Below are positions 35,291 to 53,147 of a stretch of 64,000 nt of DNA, in pieces. The DNA is from Mytilus trossulus. Its lineage: Eukaryota. The stretch lies in contig NC_086378.1 in the NCBI RefSeq assembly GCF_036588685.1, positions 33,666,001-33,730,000 on the forward strand. Reading direction: 5' to 3'. The first letter of the stretch is position 1. Each line of letters opens with the position of its first letter. The translations under genes and the position numbers were made by a program. Below the pieces are notes generated by a model. The model did no database searches and had not been told where the DNA came from. It saw only the letters and a program-made list of their open reading frames with translations.

Positions 35291-36471
35291 TCACCACTTA
35301 CATAAAGCTGGCGTTGATTGGTCCGCATATCTTAAATCTGATTGGACTGATTTGTAAGGGACTTTGACAGTTTTCAATCCATTTTTTACTGAAAAACTGC
35401 TCAACCCAAGCTGACAGTAAAAATGCCCCCTTTTTTCATTCATAATTACAGTTTCTGATCATCCCTCATAGCTCAACAATAGTAAATTAGTGTCACGGTT
35501 TCAATATGATAAATCTGAAGAAGAAAAATAATAATAATGAAAAAAGGTCAAAATACATGCAGAAACATTAAGGAAAGGAACGAAAAATAAAAACAGGAAA
35601 AAATAAAAATAAAATGCAGTTATAACACAAACAAAGCGAAATAAAAATAAAAAAACAGAAACAAATGGAATTACACATTCCCGACATGACATTGTGCGGA
35701 TCGGCTGAGTTTCTTTATTGTTGTATTATGTCATATTTATGTATATTTAATATAAAAAAAGAAGATGTGGTATGATTTTCATTTGGGCTGGGCACATTTG
35801 TCACATTGTCTGATTGTCGGTGTGCTTACATCAATTCCACATCTTTAATACACAAACAATAACTAAATAAAGACAGAAAGACAGAGAGAGAGATGCTGAA
35901 AAAAATGGAAAAAGGAAAAGAATGGAAAGTACATATCATATATAAAAGTGTTGACGAAAGAGATAATGTTAACAAAAACTATAAATAATTATAATAATAA
36001 AAAAAAACCACACACCTTCTCAGATGAATCTAAGCATGCTCGCATCAATAACCAAGAGAGAGAAAGAAGAGAGCAGACTAGTATTAAATATAAATACTAT
36101 CAGTGGTTTTTTTTCCCCCCGACAAACATTATATGATTTAACTGAGCTACTTGTGGGTTCAAAGAGTCAGAAAGTACGACAATAAATGTTCTGATGAAGA
36201 AGACTGAAAAAGTTACTAGACTTAGTGTTATGCTATAAGAACTGTACTTAAATGGGATGCGTTAGAGAGAGAAGAAAAGAAGAATCACGGAAGAAGGGAC
36301 ATTTATATTTTAGACATTTTTTATTTGTTATGTAGTAGAATATATTTTTTTCAATTATGTATGGGGAATAAAGTATTACTAAGATGTACAACAATTTTAG
36401 ACTCTTTTTGAAAAATATTGGTGGCCCTGAAAAGGGCCGTTGTTAAGTGAGTAATCCGATATATCCACTTT

Positions 36472-36848
36472 TTACTTGGCAGCTTTCTGGGTCTTCTTTG
36501 GCAGAAGTACAGCCTGGATGTTGGTAAAACACCTCCCTGGGCAATGGTGACACCAGACAAGAGTTTGTTCAACTCTTCGTCGTTTCTGATGGCCAACTGG
36601 AGATGACGGGGAATGATTCTGCTCTTCTTGTTGTCACGAGCGGCGTTTCCTGCCAACTCCAATACTTCAGCTGCTAAGTATTCTAAGACAGCTGCGAGGT
36701 ACACTGGTGCACCGGCACCAACTCTCTCGGCATAGTTTCCTTTCCTCAAAAGTCTGTGGATACGACCGACTGGGAACTGAAGTCCGGCACGGGATGACCT
36801 AGACTTTGCCTTTGCTTTTGCTTTTCCTCCTTTTCCTCGTCCTGACAT
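36472..36848 (-). pseudogene. H2A: Histone H2A copy with a 1-bp deletion frameshift (pseudogene or, more likely, consensus error)
   Basis: cctggatgttggtaaa at ~36520 versus cctggatgtttggtaaa in other copies; 377 bp instead of 378; <1 kb from a gap. Confidence 0.6.
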
Positions 36849-37124
36849 TTTGTACTATTTGGTTGATCGACACTGAGTAAAGTGATACAATTTTTCTTCA
36901 AAATTTAGCTTATATACCCACTAAACGGATTGAACGATGTTTTTATTATACACCAATCAGAACGAAGCTCTCTGCGAGCAGTTAGGCTACCGAACATTCA
37001 ACATGTTATGGGTGCTCTCTCCGAGGTTCGCGTTTAATAAAATCTTTCAATCCGTTTTGCCCAGTATATAAACAAATTGAAAATAATTTTTCACCATTAC
37101 TTATTTGATTATCAAACCAGTAAC

Positions 37125-37452
37125 ATGCCACCCAAAGTAGGAACTAAAGGAGCCAAGAAGGCCGTCACCAAGGCAAAGACTGCCAGACCCGGCGGTGATA
37201 AGAAAAGGAGGAGGAAGAGACGTGAATCCTATGCTATCTACATCTACAAAGTCTTGAGACAAGTTCACCCCGACACCGGAGTGTCCTCAAAGGCAATGTC
37301 CATCATGAACAGCTTCGTCAACGATATCTTCGAGAGAATCGCAGCAGAGGCTTCCCGATTGGCACACTACAACAAAAGATCTACCATCACATCCCGGGAG
37401 ATCCAGACCGCTGTCCGTCTTCTCTTACCCGGAGAATTGGCCAAGCACGCTG
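37125..37452 (+). CDS. H2B: Histone H2B, partial (truncated by gap)
   Basis: Reads to ...ELAKHA, then N run. Confidence 0.95.
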
Positions 37453-37552
37453 NNNNNNNNNNNNNNNNNNNNNNNNNNNNNNNNNNNNNNNNNNNNNNNN
37501 NNNNNNNNNNNNNNNNNNNNNNNNNNNNNNNNNNNNNNNNNNNNNNNNNNNN
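37453..37552. other. Assembly gap (100 N) with orientation switch
   Basis: Run of 100 N truncating H2B; the array is inverted afterwards. Confidence 0.98.
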
Positions 37553-38036
37553 TCTGTGAGGTTTATTTTTTCCCCAACTAAATTCCATTCCATTAAGTTG
37601 AAATGTGTATTGTCATTGAATGAAAATGTCTGTTCAGAGAAAGCAAATAATTATCTTTATAATTTTGACTGTCTAAAGTGATTTTCATTTATCATTTATT
37701 TATCATACTATTCTATCTTAAAATGAAAACTTTTCAACATTTTGGAACTTTTTTTGTCTCCTTCAGTCATTTTTATTCCGATTGAAATAATAGTTTTTTC
37801 TTAAAAATTTACTGTCTGATATGAATTATTATATTTTTCAGACCTAGAATGAAAAAGTGGATTGAAAGTGTACACAGTTTAAGGCAGTACAGAGTTACCT
37901 CCCGGAATAAAACAACGTAAGCCAATCAGACAACAGTTAACTGAAAATGTGTGATACTTCTTTTACGGCCGCGTTGGTGATATATAAAGAGTCGCTGTTA
38001 GACGGAAAGTATTATTTAACTAATCACCACAAATAG

Positions 38037-38353
<317 letters not shown>

Positions 38354-39208
38354 ACAGCCACCCAGCTAATATCAACAACGGCCCTTTTCAGGGCCACCAA
38401 CATTTTTCAAAAAGAATCTTAGATTTGTTGTACATCGTTTTAAACAAAATCTTGAAATCAAAGCTTGCTCCCACTTCTATTCTTTTCTCTAATGTTCATG
38501 AATTTTTCAACCGTTTTTCTTGTTTTCCCTGATCCTGATCCGCAACTATTTTCTCTCTCTCGTTATACCCCCCCCCCCCCCCCCCTTTTTTTTTTTAAAT
38601 ATCTGGCTTTCTTTTTAATTAACTTCCTTACTCTTACTCTTGTATTTATTTGAGAATTTATATTTCTGAAGGTTTATGAATACGTTCAAAGATCAAGTCC
38701 GTGCATTTGCCTACATGAAGAGAGAAAATTTCAAAACAAAATGCACGGACTTTTACACACAAAATCTGTAGATTCTGTTATATTCAATTATAGAGGTTTT
38801 TTTTGCGTGGTTTAAGATTAGGTAATGTTCTTGTTTCCGTGTAAAATAATTCTCGCAATATTTTTTTTCTCTCGAAAAGCAAAAGAAATCGTAAATTTAT
38901 CAACTCTATTAATTGGAATGAAAGCACTGTTTTGTTCTTCATGATTTATGTATTTACGCTTTGTAGTTTTGACAGACAAATTAAATGCTACAGAATGAGT
39001 GAAATACACGTATATTTGTTATACAGATAGAAAGAAGAGAAAAGTAACCATATACTATTGAAATAGTTTGAAAGTGGTTATAGCTGGGGTTGGGATTTAT
39101 AGCTTTGTTTAGAAGTTTGACATTGATGTACAACAAATGTAAATTCTTTTTGAAAAATGTTGGTGGCCCTGAAAAGGGCCGTTTGTGAAGTTATAAACTT
39201 CAGACTGT

Positions 39209-39583
39209 TTACTTGCTGCTGGTGTATTTAGTGACGGCTTTGGTACCTTCACTGACAGCGTGCTTGGCCAATTCTCCGGGTAAGAGAAGACGGACAGCGG
39301 TCTGGATCTCCCGGGATGTGATGGTAGATCTTTTGTTGTAGTGTGCCAATCGGGAAGCCTCTGCTGCGATTCTCTCGAAGATATCGTTGACGAAGCTGTT
39401 CATGATGGACATTGCCTTTGAGGACACTCCGGTGTCGGGGTGAACTTGTCTCAAGACTTTGTAGATGTAGATAGCATAGGATTCACGTCTCTTCCTCCTC
39501 CTTTTCTTATCACCGCCGGGTCTGGCAGTCTTTGCCTTGGTGACGGCCTTCTTGGCTCCTTTAGTTCCTACTTTGGGTGGCAT
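39209..39583 (-). CDS. H2B: Histone H2B
   Basis: Identical H2B ORF. Confidence 0.98.
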   Translation of the reverse strand: MPPKVGTKGAKKAVTKAKTARPGGDKKRRRKRRESYAIYIYKVLRQVHPDTGVSSKAMSIMNSFVNDIFERIAAEASRLAHYNKRSTITSREIQTAVRLLLPGELAKHAVSEGTKAVTKYTSSK

Positions 39584-39853
39584 GTTACTGGTTTGATAAT
39601 CAAATAAGTAATGGTGAAAAATTATTTTCAATTTGTTTATATACTGGGCAAAACGGATTGAAAGATTTTATTAAACGCGAACCTCGGAGAGAGCACCCAT
39701 AACATGTTGAATGTTCGGTAGCCTAACTGCTCGCAGAGAGCTTCGTTCTGATTGGTGTATAATAAAAACATCGTTCAATCCGTTTAGTGGGTATATAAGC
39801 TAAATTTTGAAGAAAAATTGTATCACTTTACTCAGTGTCGATCAACCAAATAG

Positions 39854-40237
<384 letters not shown>

Positions 40238-41328
40238 AAAGTGGATATATCGGATTACTCACTTAACAACGGCCCTTTTCAGGGCCACCAATATTTTTCA
40301 AAAAGAGTCTAAAATTGTTGTACATCTTAGTAATACTTTATTCCCCATACATAATTGAAAAAAATATATTCTACTACATAACAAATAAAAAATGTCTAAA
40401 ATATAAATGTCCCTTCTTCCGTGATTCTTCTTTTCTTCTCTCTCTAACGCATCCCATTTAAGTACAGTTCTTATAGCATAACACTAAGTCTAGTAACTTT
40501 TTCAGTCTTCTTCATCAGAACATTTATTGTCGTACTTTCTGACTCTTTGAACCCACAAGTAGCTCAGTTAAATCATATAATGTTTGTCGGGGGGAAAAAA
40601 AACCACTGATAGTATTTATATTTAATACTAGTCTGCTCTCTTCTTTCTCTCTCTTGGTTATTGATGCGAGCATGCTTAGATTCATCTGAGAAGGTGTGTG
40701 GTTTTTTTTTATTATTATAATTATTTATAGTTTTTGTTAACATTATCTCTTTCGTCAACACTTTTATATATGATATGTACTTTCCATTCTTTTCCTTTTT
40801 CCATTTTTTTCAGCATCTCTCTCTCTGTCTTTCTGTCTTTATTTAGTTATTGTTTGTGTATTAAAGATGTGGAATTGATGTAAGCACACCGACAATCAGA
40901 CAATGTGACAAATGTGCCCAGCCCAAATGAAAATCATACCACATCTTCTTTTTTTATATTAAATATACATAAATATGACATAATACAACAATAAAGAAAC
41001 TCAGCCGATCCGCACAATGTCATGTCGGGAATGTGTAATTCCATTTGTTTCTGTTTTTTTATTTTTATTTCGCTTTGTTTGTGTTATAACTGCATTTTAT
41101 TTTTATTTTTTCCTGTTTTTATTTTTCGTTCCTTTCCTTAATGTTTCTGCATGTATTTTGACCTTTTTTCATTATTATTATTTTTCTTCTTCAGATTTAT
41201 CATATTGAAACCGTGACACTAATTTACTATTGTTGAGCTATGAGGGATGATCAGAAACTGTAATTATGAATGAAAAAAGGGGGCATTTTTACTGTCAGCT
41301 TGGGTTGAGCAGTTTTTCAGTAAAAAAT

Positions 41329-41934
<606 letters not shown>

Positions 41935-43473
41935 GAAGTGTGATTTTTTCACCAAAACATAACGGCCCTTTTCAGGGCCACCAATATTTTTCAAAAAGAA
42001 TCTATAAATTGTTGTACATGAAAATTAGAAACATAGCCGAACCCCTCTTTTCCCCATCTCTCTCTCTCTCTTTTATTTCTTCTTGTTGAATCCATCTATA
42101 TGCAAAGCAATACATAGACAAAAAATAAATTTTATGATATATATATACACACAAGTCTCATCACAAAAAAAAGGGGGGTGTTTGTTTATCATGGTACATG
42201 TATGTCCTTGTGTGTAGAATATTAAATAGTACATTATATAAAAAAAGATCAACATATAAATGTTTCTATCTGTACTTCTGTTCTTTTCTTTTCTTCGCTT
42301 GTTTTGTCTTGTCTTCTTTTGATGTATTATTTACACCAGTAGTCTAGACCAAAGAAAGAGAACCACCAACTGGCCAAAATATAACCTTTTTTTTTAAGTT
42401 AGAGTTTAAATATCTTGTATAATTCATTAATTTGAATATTTCTTTTAGAAAAGCTGATATTACAGGGTACTTTTATCAAAAATTTAGAGCTCTTTTTCAG
42501 TCAGAATTGTAAAGAATTTTTTTATCATGTATGTAGTAATATATTTTGTCCACTTTAGAGTCTTGTCTTGCTGCTAGTTAACAAAATCATGAAATTTCTA
42601 TTTAAATTAATATAATTTCGGTACGGGTCCAAGTAGTCCCCACAAAATTTCAATGTAGGAAGTCCATGTAAGCATATATCTTGCACTTATAAGCTTTTTT
42701 ATATGATAAAAAGTGGTTTTCAGACTTATTATAAACTTTTCTGGCTAAAAGAAGTCTTCAGAATAGTAAGTACATGTGTGCGCATTAACATTTTTATTGG
42801 ATTGGCTGATGAAATTGTCATCGTCATACTGTGGATAAATATAGAATGGCGTTTAAAAATAAAATTGAAAGGAAGATGCACACATAAGAAGTTTTACCCG
42901 CAGTCAGGGGCATCTCTTTTCTTCACTGTAATACCTAGAAAAAAAAATCTTTAATAGTAATAACAGTAACAGTTTTATTCATACATTCTCCCATTTATGA
43001 TCTGAAGTACCTGCAGCAGATCGTTGATGGATGGCAAGCACAGCTTTGACAGATGATGTTGAGTTATGAAAGACAGGTAGAAAACTGCAAGCATGTAAAA
43101 TCCTGTGATGTATCCAATTTCTGGATACATCAAATAGACAAATAGATAACCAGTATTCCTAGATATGTCTGTGAGGTTTATTTTTTCCCCAACTAAATTC
43201 CATTCCATTAAGTTGAAATGTGTATTGTCATTGAATGAAAATGTCTGTTCAGAGAAAGCAAATAATTATCTTTATAATTTTGACTGTCTAAAGTGATTTT
43301 CATTTATCATTTATTTATCATACTATTCTATCTTAAAATGAAAACTTTTCAACATTTTGGAACTTTTTTTGTCTCCTTCAGTCATTTTTATTCCGATTGA
43401 AATAATAGTTTTTTCTTAAAAATTTACTGTCTGATATGAATTATTATATTTTTCAGACCTAGAATGAAAAAGT

Positions 43474-43969
<496 letters not shown>

Positions 43970-44822
43970 ACAGCCACCCAGCTAATATCAACAACGGCCC
44001 TTTTCAGGGCCACCAACATTTTTCAAAAAGAATCTTAGATTTGTTGTACATCGTTTTAAACAAAATCTTGAAATCAAAGCTTGCTCCCACTTCTATTCTT
44101 TTCTCTAATGTTCATGAATTTTTCAACCGTTTTTCTTGTTTTCCCTGATCCTGATCCGCAACTATTTTCTCTCTCTCGTTATACCCCCCCCCCCCCCCCT
44201 TTTTTTTTTTAAATATCTGGCTTTCTTTTTAATTAACTTCCTTACTCTTACTCTTGTATTTATTTGAGAATTTATATTTCTGAAGGTTTATGAATACGTT
44301 CAAAGATCAAGTCCGTGCATTTGCCTACATGAAGAGAGAAAATTTCAAAACAAAATGCACGGACTTTTACACACAAAATCTGTAGATTCTGTTATATTCA
44401 ATTATAGAGGTTTTTTTTGCGTGGTTTAAGATTAGGTAATGTTCTTGTTTCCGTGTAAAATAATTCTCGCAATATTTTTTTTCTCTCGAAAAGCAAAAGA
44501 AATCGTAAATTTATCAACTCTATTAATTGGAATGAAAGCACTGTTTTGTTCTTCATGATTTATGTATTTACGCTTTGTAGTTTTGACAGACAAATTAAAT
44601 GCTACAGAATGAGTGAAATACACGTATATTTGTTATACAGATAGAAAGAAGAGAAAAGTAACCATATACTATTGAAATAGTTTGAAAGTGGTTATAGCTG
44701 GGGTTGGGATTTATAGCTTTGTTTAGAAGTTTGACATTGATGTACAACAAATGTAAATTCTTTTTGAAAAATGTTGGTGGCCCTGAAAAGGGCCGTTTGT
44801 GAAGTTATAAACTTCAGACTGT

Positions 44823-45197
44823 TTACTTGCTGCTGGTGTATTTAGTGACGGCTTTGGTACCTTCACTGACAGCGTGCTTGGCCAATTCTCCGGGTAAGAG
44901 AAGACGGACAGCGGTCTGGATCTCCCGGGATGTGATGGTAGATCTTTTGTTGTAGTGTGCCAATCGGGAAGCCTCTGCTGCGATTCTCTCGAAGATATCG
45001 TTGACGAAGCTGTTCATGATGGACATTGCCTTTGAGGACACTCCGGTGTCGGGGTGAACTTGTCTCAAGACTTTGTAGATGTAGATAGCATAGGATTCAC
45101 GTCTCTTCCTCCTCCTTTTCTTATCACCGCCGGGTCTGGCAGTCTTTGCCTTGGTGACGGCCTTCTTGGCTCCTTTAGTTCCTACTTTGGGTGGCAT
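44823..45197 (-). CDS. H2B: Histone H2B
   Basis: Identical H2B ORF. Confidence 0.98.
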   Translation of the reverse strand: MPPKVGTKGAKKAVTKAKTARPGGDKKRRRKRRESYAIYIYKVLRQVHPDTGVSSKAMSIMNSFVNDIFERIAAEASRLAHYNKRSTITSREIQTAVRLLLPGELAKHAVSEGTKAVTKYTSSK

Positions 45198-45467
45198 GTT
45201 ACTGGTTTGATAATCAAATAAGTAATGGTGAAAAATTATTTTCAATTTGTTTATATACTGGGCAAAACGGATTGAAAGATTTTATTAAACGCGAACCTCG
45301 GAGAGAGCACCCATAACATGTTGAATGTTCGGTAGCCTAACTGCTCGCAGAGAGCTTCGTTCTGATTGGTGTATAATAAAAACATCGTTCAATCCGTTTA
45401 GTGGGTATATAAGCTAAATTTTGAAGAAAAATTGTATCACTTTACTCAGTGTCGATCAACCAAATAG

Positions 45468-45851
<384 letters not shown>

Positions 45852-47032
45852 AAAGTGGATATATCGGATTACTCACTTAACAACGGCCCTTTTCAGGGCC
45901 ACCAATATTTTTCAAAAAGAGTCTAAAATTGTTGTACATCTTAGTAATACTTTATTCCCCATACATAATTGAAAAAAATATATTCTACTACATAACAAAT
46001 AAAAAATGTCTAAAATATAAATGTCCCTTCTTCCGTGATTCTTCTTTTCTTCTCTCTCTAACGCATCCCATTTAAGTACAGTTCTTATAGCATAACACTA
46101 AGTCTAGTAACTTTTTCAGTCTTCTTCATCAGAACATTTATTGTCGTACTTTCTGACTCTTTGAACCCACAAGTAGCTCAGTTAAATCATATAATGTTTG
46201 TCGGGGGGAAAAAAAACCACTGATAGTATTTATATTTAATACTAGTCTGCTCTCTTCTTTCTCTCTCTTGGTTATTGATGCGAGCATGCTTAGATTCATC
46301 TGAGAAGGTGTGTGGTTTTTTTTTATTATTATAATTATTTATAGTTTTTGTTAACATTATCTCTTTCGTCAACACTTTTATATATGATATGTACTTTCCA
46401 TTCTTTTCCTTTTTCCATTTTTTTCAGCATCTCTCTCTCTGTCTTTCTGTCTTTATTTAGTTATTGTTTGTGTATTAAAGATGTGGAATTGATGTAAGCA
46501 CACCGACAATCAGACAATGTGACAAATGTGCCCAGCCCAAATGAAAATCATACCACATCTTCTTTTTTTATATTAAATATACATAAATATGACATAATAC
46601 AACAATAAAGAAACTCAGCCGATCCGCACAATGTCATGTCGGGAATGTGTAATTCCATTTGTTTCTGTTTTTTTATTTTTATTTCGCTTTGTTTGTGTTA
46701 TAACTGCATTTTATTTTTATTTTTTCCTGTTTTTATTTTTCGTTCCTTTCCTTAATGTTTCTGCATGTATTTTGACCTTTTTTCATTATTATTATTTTTC
46801 TTCTTCAGATTTATCATATTGAAACCGTGACACTAATTTACTATTGTTGAGCTATGAGGGATGATCAGAAACTGTAATTATGAATGAAAAAAGGGGGCAT
46901 TTTTACTGTCAGCTTGGGTTGAGCAGTTTTTCAGTAAAAAATGGATTGAAAACTGTCAAAGTCCCTTACAAATCAGTCCAATCAGATTTAAGATATGCGG
47001 ACCAATCAACGCCAGCTTTATGTAAGTGGTGA

Positions 47033-47548
<516 letters not shown>

Positions 47549-49252
47549 GAAGTGTGATTTTTTCACCAAAACATAACGGCCCTTTTCAGGGCCACCAATA
47601 TTTTTCAAAAAGAATCTATAAATTGTTGTACATGAAAATTAGAAACATAGCCGAACCCCTCTTTTCCCCATCTCTCTCTCTCTCTTTTATTTCTTCTTGT
47701 TGAATCCATCTATATGCAAAGCAATACATAGACAAAAAATAAATTTTATGATATATATATACACACAAGTCTCATCACAAAAAAAAGGGGGGTGTTTGTT
47801 TATCATGGTACATGTATGTCCTTGTGTGTAGAATATTAAATAGTACATTATATAAAAAAAGATCAACATATAAATGTTTCTATCTGTACTTCTGTTCTTT
47901 TCTTTTCTTCGCTTGTTTTGTCTTGTCTTCTTTTGATGTATTATTTACACCAGTAGTCTAGACCAAAGAAAGAGAACCACCAACTGGCCAAAATATAACC
48001 TTTTTTTTTAAGTTAGAGTTTAAATATCTTGTATAATTCATTAATTTGAATATTTCTTTTAGAAAAGCTGATATTACAGGGTACTTTTATCAAAAATTTA
48101 GAGCTCTTTTTCAGTCAGAATTGTAAAGAATTTTTTTATCATGTATGTAGTAATATATTTTGTCCACTTTAGAGTCTTGTCTTGCTGCTAGTTAACAAAA
48201 TCATGAAATTTCTATTTAAATTAATATAATTTCGGTACGGGTCCAAGTAGTCCCCACAAAATTTCAATGTAGGAAGTCCATGTAAGCATATATCTTGCAC
48301 TTATAAGCTTTTTTATATGATAAAAAGTGGTTTTCAGACTTATTATAAACTTTTCTGGCTAAAAGAAGTCTTCAGAATAGTAAGTACATGTGTGCGCATT
48401 AACATTTTTATTGGATTGGCTGATGAAATTGTCATCGTCATACTGTGGATAAATATAGAATGGCGTTTAAAAATAAAATTGAAAGGAAGATGCACACATA
48501 AGAAGTTTTACCCGCAGTCAGGGGCATCTCTTTTCTTCACTGTAATACCTAGAAAAAAAAATCTTTAATAGTAATAACAGTAACAGTTTTATTCATACAT
48601 TCTCCCATTTATGATCTGAAGTACCTGCAGCAGATCGTTGATGGATGGCAAGCACAGCTTTGACAGATGATGTTGAGTTATGAAAGACAGGTAGAAAACT
48701 GCAAGCATGTAAAATCCTGTGATGTATCCAATTTCTGGATACATCAAATAGACAAATAGATAACCAGTATTCCTAGATATGTCTGTGAGGTTTATTTTTT
48801 CCCCAACTAAATTCCATTCCATTAAGTTGAAATGTGTATTGTCATTGAATGAAAATGTCTGTTCAGAGAAAGCAAATAATTATCTTTATAATTTTGACTG
48901 TCTAAAGTGATTTTCATTTATCATTTATTTATCATACTATTCTATCTTAAAATGAAAACTTTTCAACATTTTGGAACTTTTTTTGTCTCCTTCAGTCATT
49001 TTTATTCCGATTGAAATAATAGTTTTTTCTTAAAAATTTACTGTCTGATATGAATTATTATATTTTTCAGACCTAGAATGAAAAAGTGGATTGAAAGTGT
49101 ACACAGTTTAAGGCAGTACAGAGTTACCTCCCGGAATAAAACAACGTAAGCCAATCAGACAACAGTTAACTGAAAATGTGTGATACTTCTTTTACGGCCG
49201 CGTTGGTGATATATAAAGAGTCGCTGTTAGACGGAAAGTATTATTTAACTAG

Positions 49253-49570
<318 letters not shown>

Positions 49571-50421
49571 ACAGCCACCCAGCTAATATCAACAACGGCC
49601 CTTTTCAGGGCCACCAACATTTTTCAAAAAGAATCTTAGATTTGTTGTACATCGTTTTAAACAAAATCTTGAAATCAAAGCTTGCTCCCACTTCTATTCT
49701 TTTCTCTAATGTTCATGAATTTTTCAACCGTTTTTCTTGTTTTCCCTGATCCTGATCCGCAACTATTTTCTCTCTCTCGTTATACCCCCCCCCCCCCCTT
49801 TTTTTTTTTAAATATCTGGCTTTCTTTTTAATTAACTTCCTTACTCTTACTCTTGTATTTATTTGAGAATTTATATTTCTGAAGGTTTATGAATACGTTC
49901 AAAGATCAAGTCCGTGCATTTGCCTACATGAAGAGAGAAAATTTCAAAACAAAATGCACGGACTTTTACACACAAAATCTGTAGATTCTGTTATATTCAA
50001 TTATAGAGGTTTTTTTTGCGTGGTTTAAGATTAGGTAATGTTCTTGTTTCCGTGTAAAATAATTCTCGCAATATTTTTTTTCTCTCGAAAAGCAAAAGAA
50101 ATCGTAAATTTATCAACTCTATTAATTGGAATGAAAGCACTGTTTTGTTCTTCATGATTTATGTATTTACGCTTTGTAGTTTTGACAGACAAATTAAATG
50201 CTACAGAATGAGTGAAATACACGTATATTTGTTATACAGATAGAAAGAAGAGAAAAGTAACCATATACTATTGAAATAGTTTGAAAGTGGTTATAGCTGG
50301 GGTTGGGATTTATAGCTTTGTTTAGAAGTTTGACATTGATGTACAACAAATGTAAATTCTTTTTGAAAAATGTTGGTGGCCCTGAAAAGGGCCGTTTGTG
50401 AAGTTATAAACTTCAGACTGT

Positions 50422-50796
50422 TTACTTGCTGCTGGTGTATTTAGTGACGGCTTTGGTACCTTCACTGACAGCGTGCTTGGCCAATTCTCCGGGTAAGAGA
50501 AGACGGACAGCGGTCTGGATCTCCCGGGATGTGATGGTAGATCTTTTGTTGTAGTGTGCCAATCGGGAAGCCTCTGCTGCGATTCTCTCGAAGATATCGT
50601 TGACGAAGCTGTTCATGATGGACATTGCCTTTGAGGACACTCCGGTGTCGGGGTGAACTTGTCTCAAGACTTTGTAGATGTAGATAGCATAGGATTCACG
50701 TCTCTTCCTCCTCCTTTTCTTATCACCGCCGGGTCTGGCAGTCTTTGCCTTGGTGACGGCCTTCTTGGCTCCTTTAGTTCCTACTTTGGGTGGCAT
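50422..50796 (-). CDS. H2B: Histone H2B
   Basis: Identical H2B ORF. Confidence 0.98.
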   Translation of the reverse strand: MPPKVGTKGAKKAVTKAKTARPGGDKKRRRKRRESYAIYIYKVLRQVHPDTGVSSKAMSIMNSFVNDIFERIAAEASRLAHYNKRSTITSREIQTAVRLLLPGELAKHAVSEGTKAVTKYTSSK

Positions 50797-51066
50797 GTTA
50801 CTGGTTTGATAATCAAATAAGTAATGGTGAAAAATTATTTTCAATTTGTTTATATACTGGGCAAAACGGATTGAAAGATTTTATTAAACGCGAACCTCGG
50901 AGAGAGCACCCATAACATGTTGAATGTTCGGTAGCCTAACTGCTCGCAGAGAGCTTCGTTCTGATTGGTGTATAATAAAAACATCGTTCAATCCGTTTAG
51001 TGGGTATATAAGCTAAATTTTGAAGAAAAATTGTATCACTTTACTCAGTGTCGATCAACCAAATAG

Positions 51067-51450
<384 letters not shown>

Positions 51451-52631
51451 AAAGTGGATATATCGGATTACTCACTTAACAACGGCCCTTTTCAGGGCCA
51501 CCAATATTTTTCAAAAAGAGTCTAAAATTGTTGTACATCTTAGTAATACTTTATTCCCCATACATAATTGAAAAAAATATATTCTACTACATAACAAATA
51601 AAAAATGTCTAAAATATAAATGTCCCTTCTTCCGTGATTCTTCTTTTCTTCTCTCTCTAACGCATCCCATTTAAGTACAGTTCTTATAGCATAACACTAA
51701 GTCTAGTAACTTTTTCAGTCTTCTTCATCAGAACATTTATTGTCGTACTTTCTGACTCTTTGAACCCACAAGTAGCTCAGTTAAATCATATAATGTTTGT
51801 CGGGGGGAAAAAAAACCACTGATAGTATTTATATTTAATACTAGTCTGCTCTCTTCTTTCTCTCTCTTGGTTATTGATGCGAGCATGCTTAGATTCATCT
51901 GAGAAGGTGTGTGGTTTTTTTTTATTATTATAATTATTTATAGTTTTTGTTAACATTATCTCTTTCGTCAACACTTTTATATATGATATGTACTTTCCAT
52001 TCTTTTCCTTTTTCCATTTTTTTCAGCATCTCTCTCTCTGTCTTTCTGTCTTTATTTAGTTATTGTTTGTGTATTAAAGATGTGGAATTGATGTAAGCAC
52101 ACCGACAATCAGACAATGTGACAAATGTGCCCAGCCCAAATGAAAATCATACCACATCTTCTTTTTTTATATTAAATATACATAAATATGACATAATACA
52201 ACAATAAAGAAACTCAGCCGATCCGCACAATGTCATGTCGGGAATGTGTAATTCCATTTGTTTCTGTTTTTTTATTTTTATTTCGCTTTGTTTGTGTTAT
52301 AACTGCATTTTATTTTTATTTTTTCCTGTTTTTATTTTTCGTTCCTTTCCTTAATGTTTCTGCATGTATTTTGACCTTTTTTCATTATTATTATTTTTCT
52401 TCTTCAGATTTATCATATTGAAACCGTGACACTAATTTACTATTGTTGAGCTATGAGGGATGATCAGAAACTGTAATTATGAATGAAAAAAGGGGGCATT
52501 TTTACTGTCAGCTTGGGTTGAGCAGTTTTTCAGTAAAAAATGGATTGAAAACTGTCAAAGTCCCTTACAAATCAGTCCAATCAGATTTAAGATATGCGGA
52601 CCAATCAACGCCAGCTTTATGTAAGTGGTGA

Positions 52632-53147
<516 letters not shown>

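Noticed and set aside
40380-40395. AATAAA downstream of H2A (and of H3 at ~42124) as a dual poly(A) signal
   Set aside because: AATAAA is expected by chance in such A-rich DNA, and I saw none at a comparable position after H2B or H4; not supportable without transcript data.
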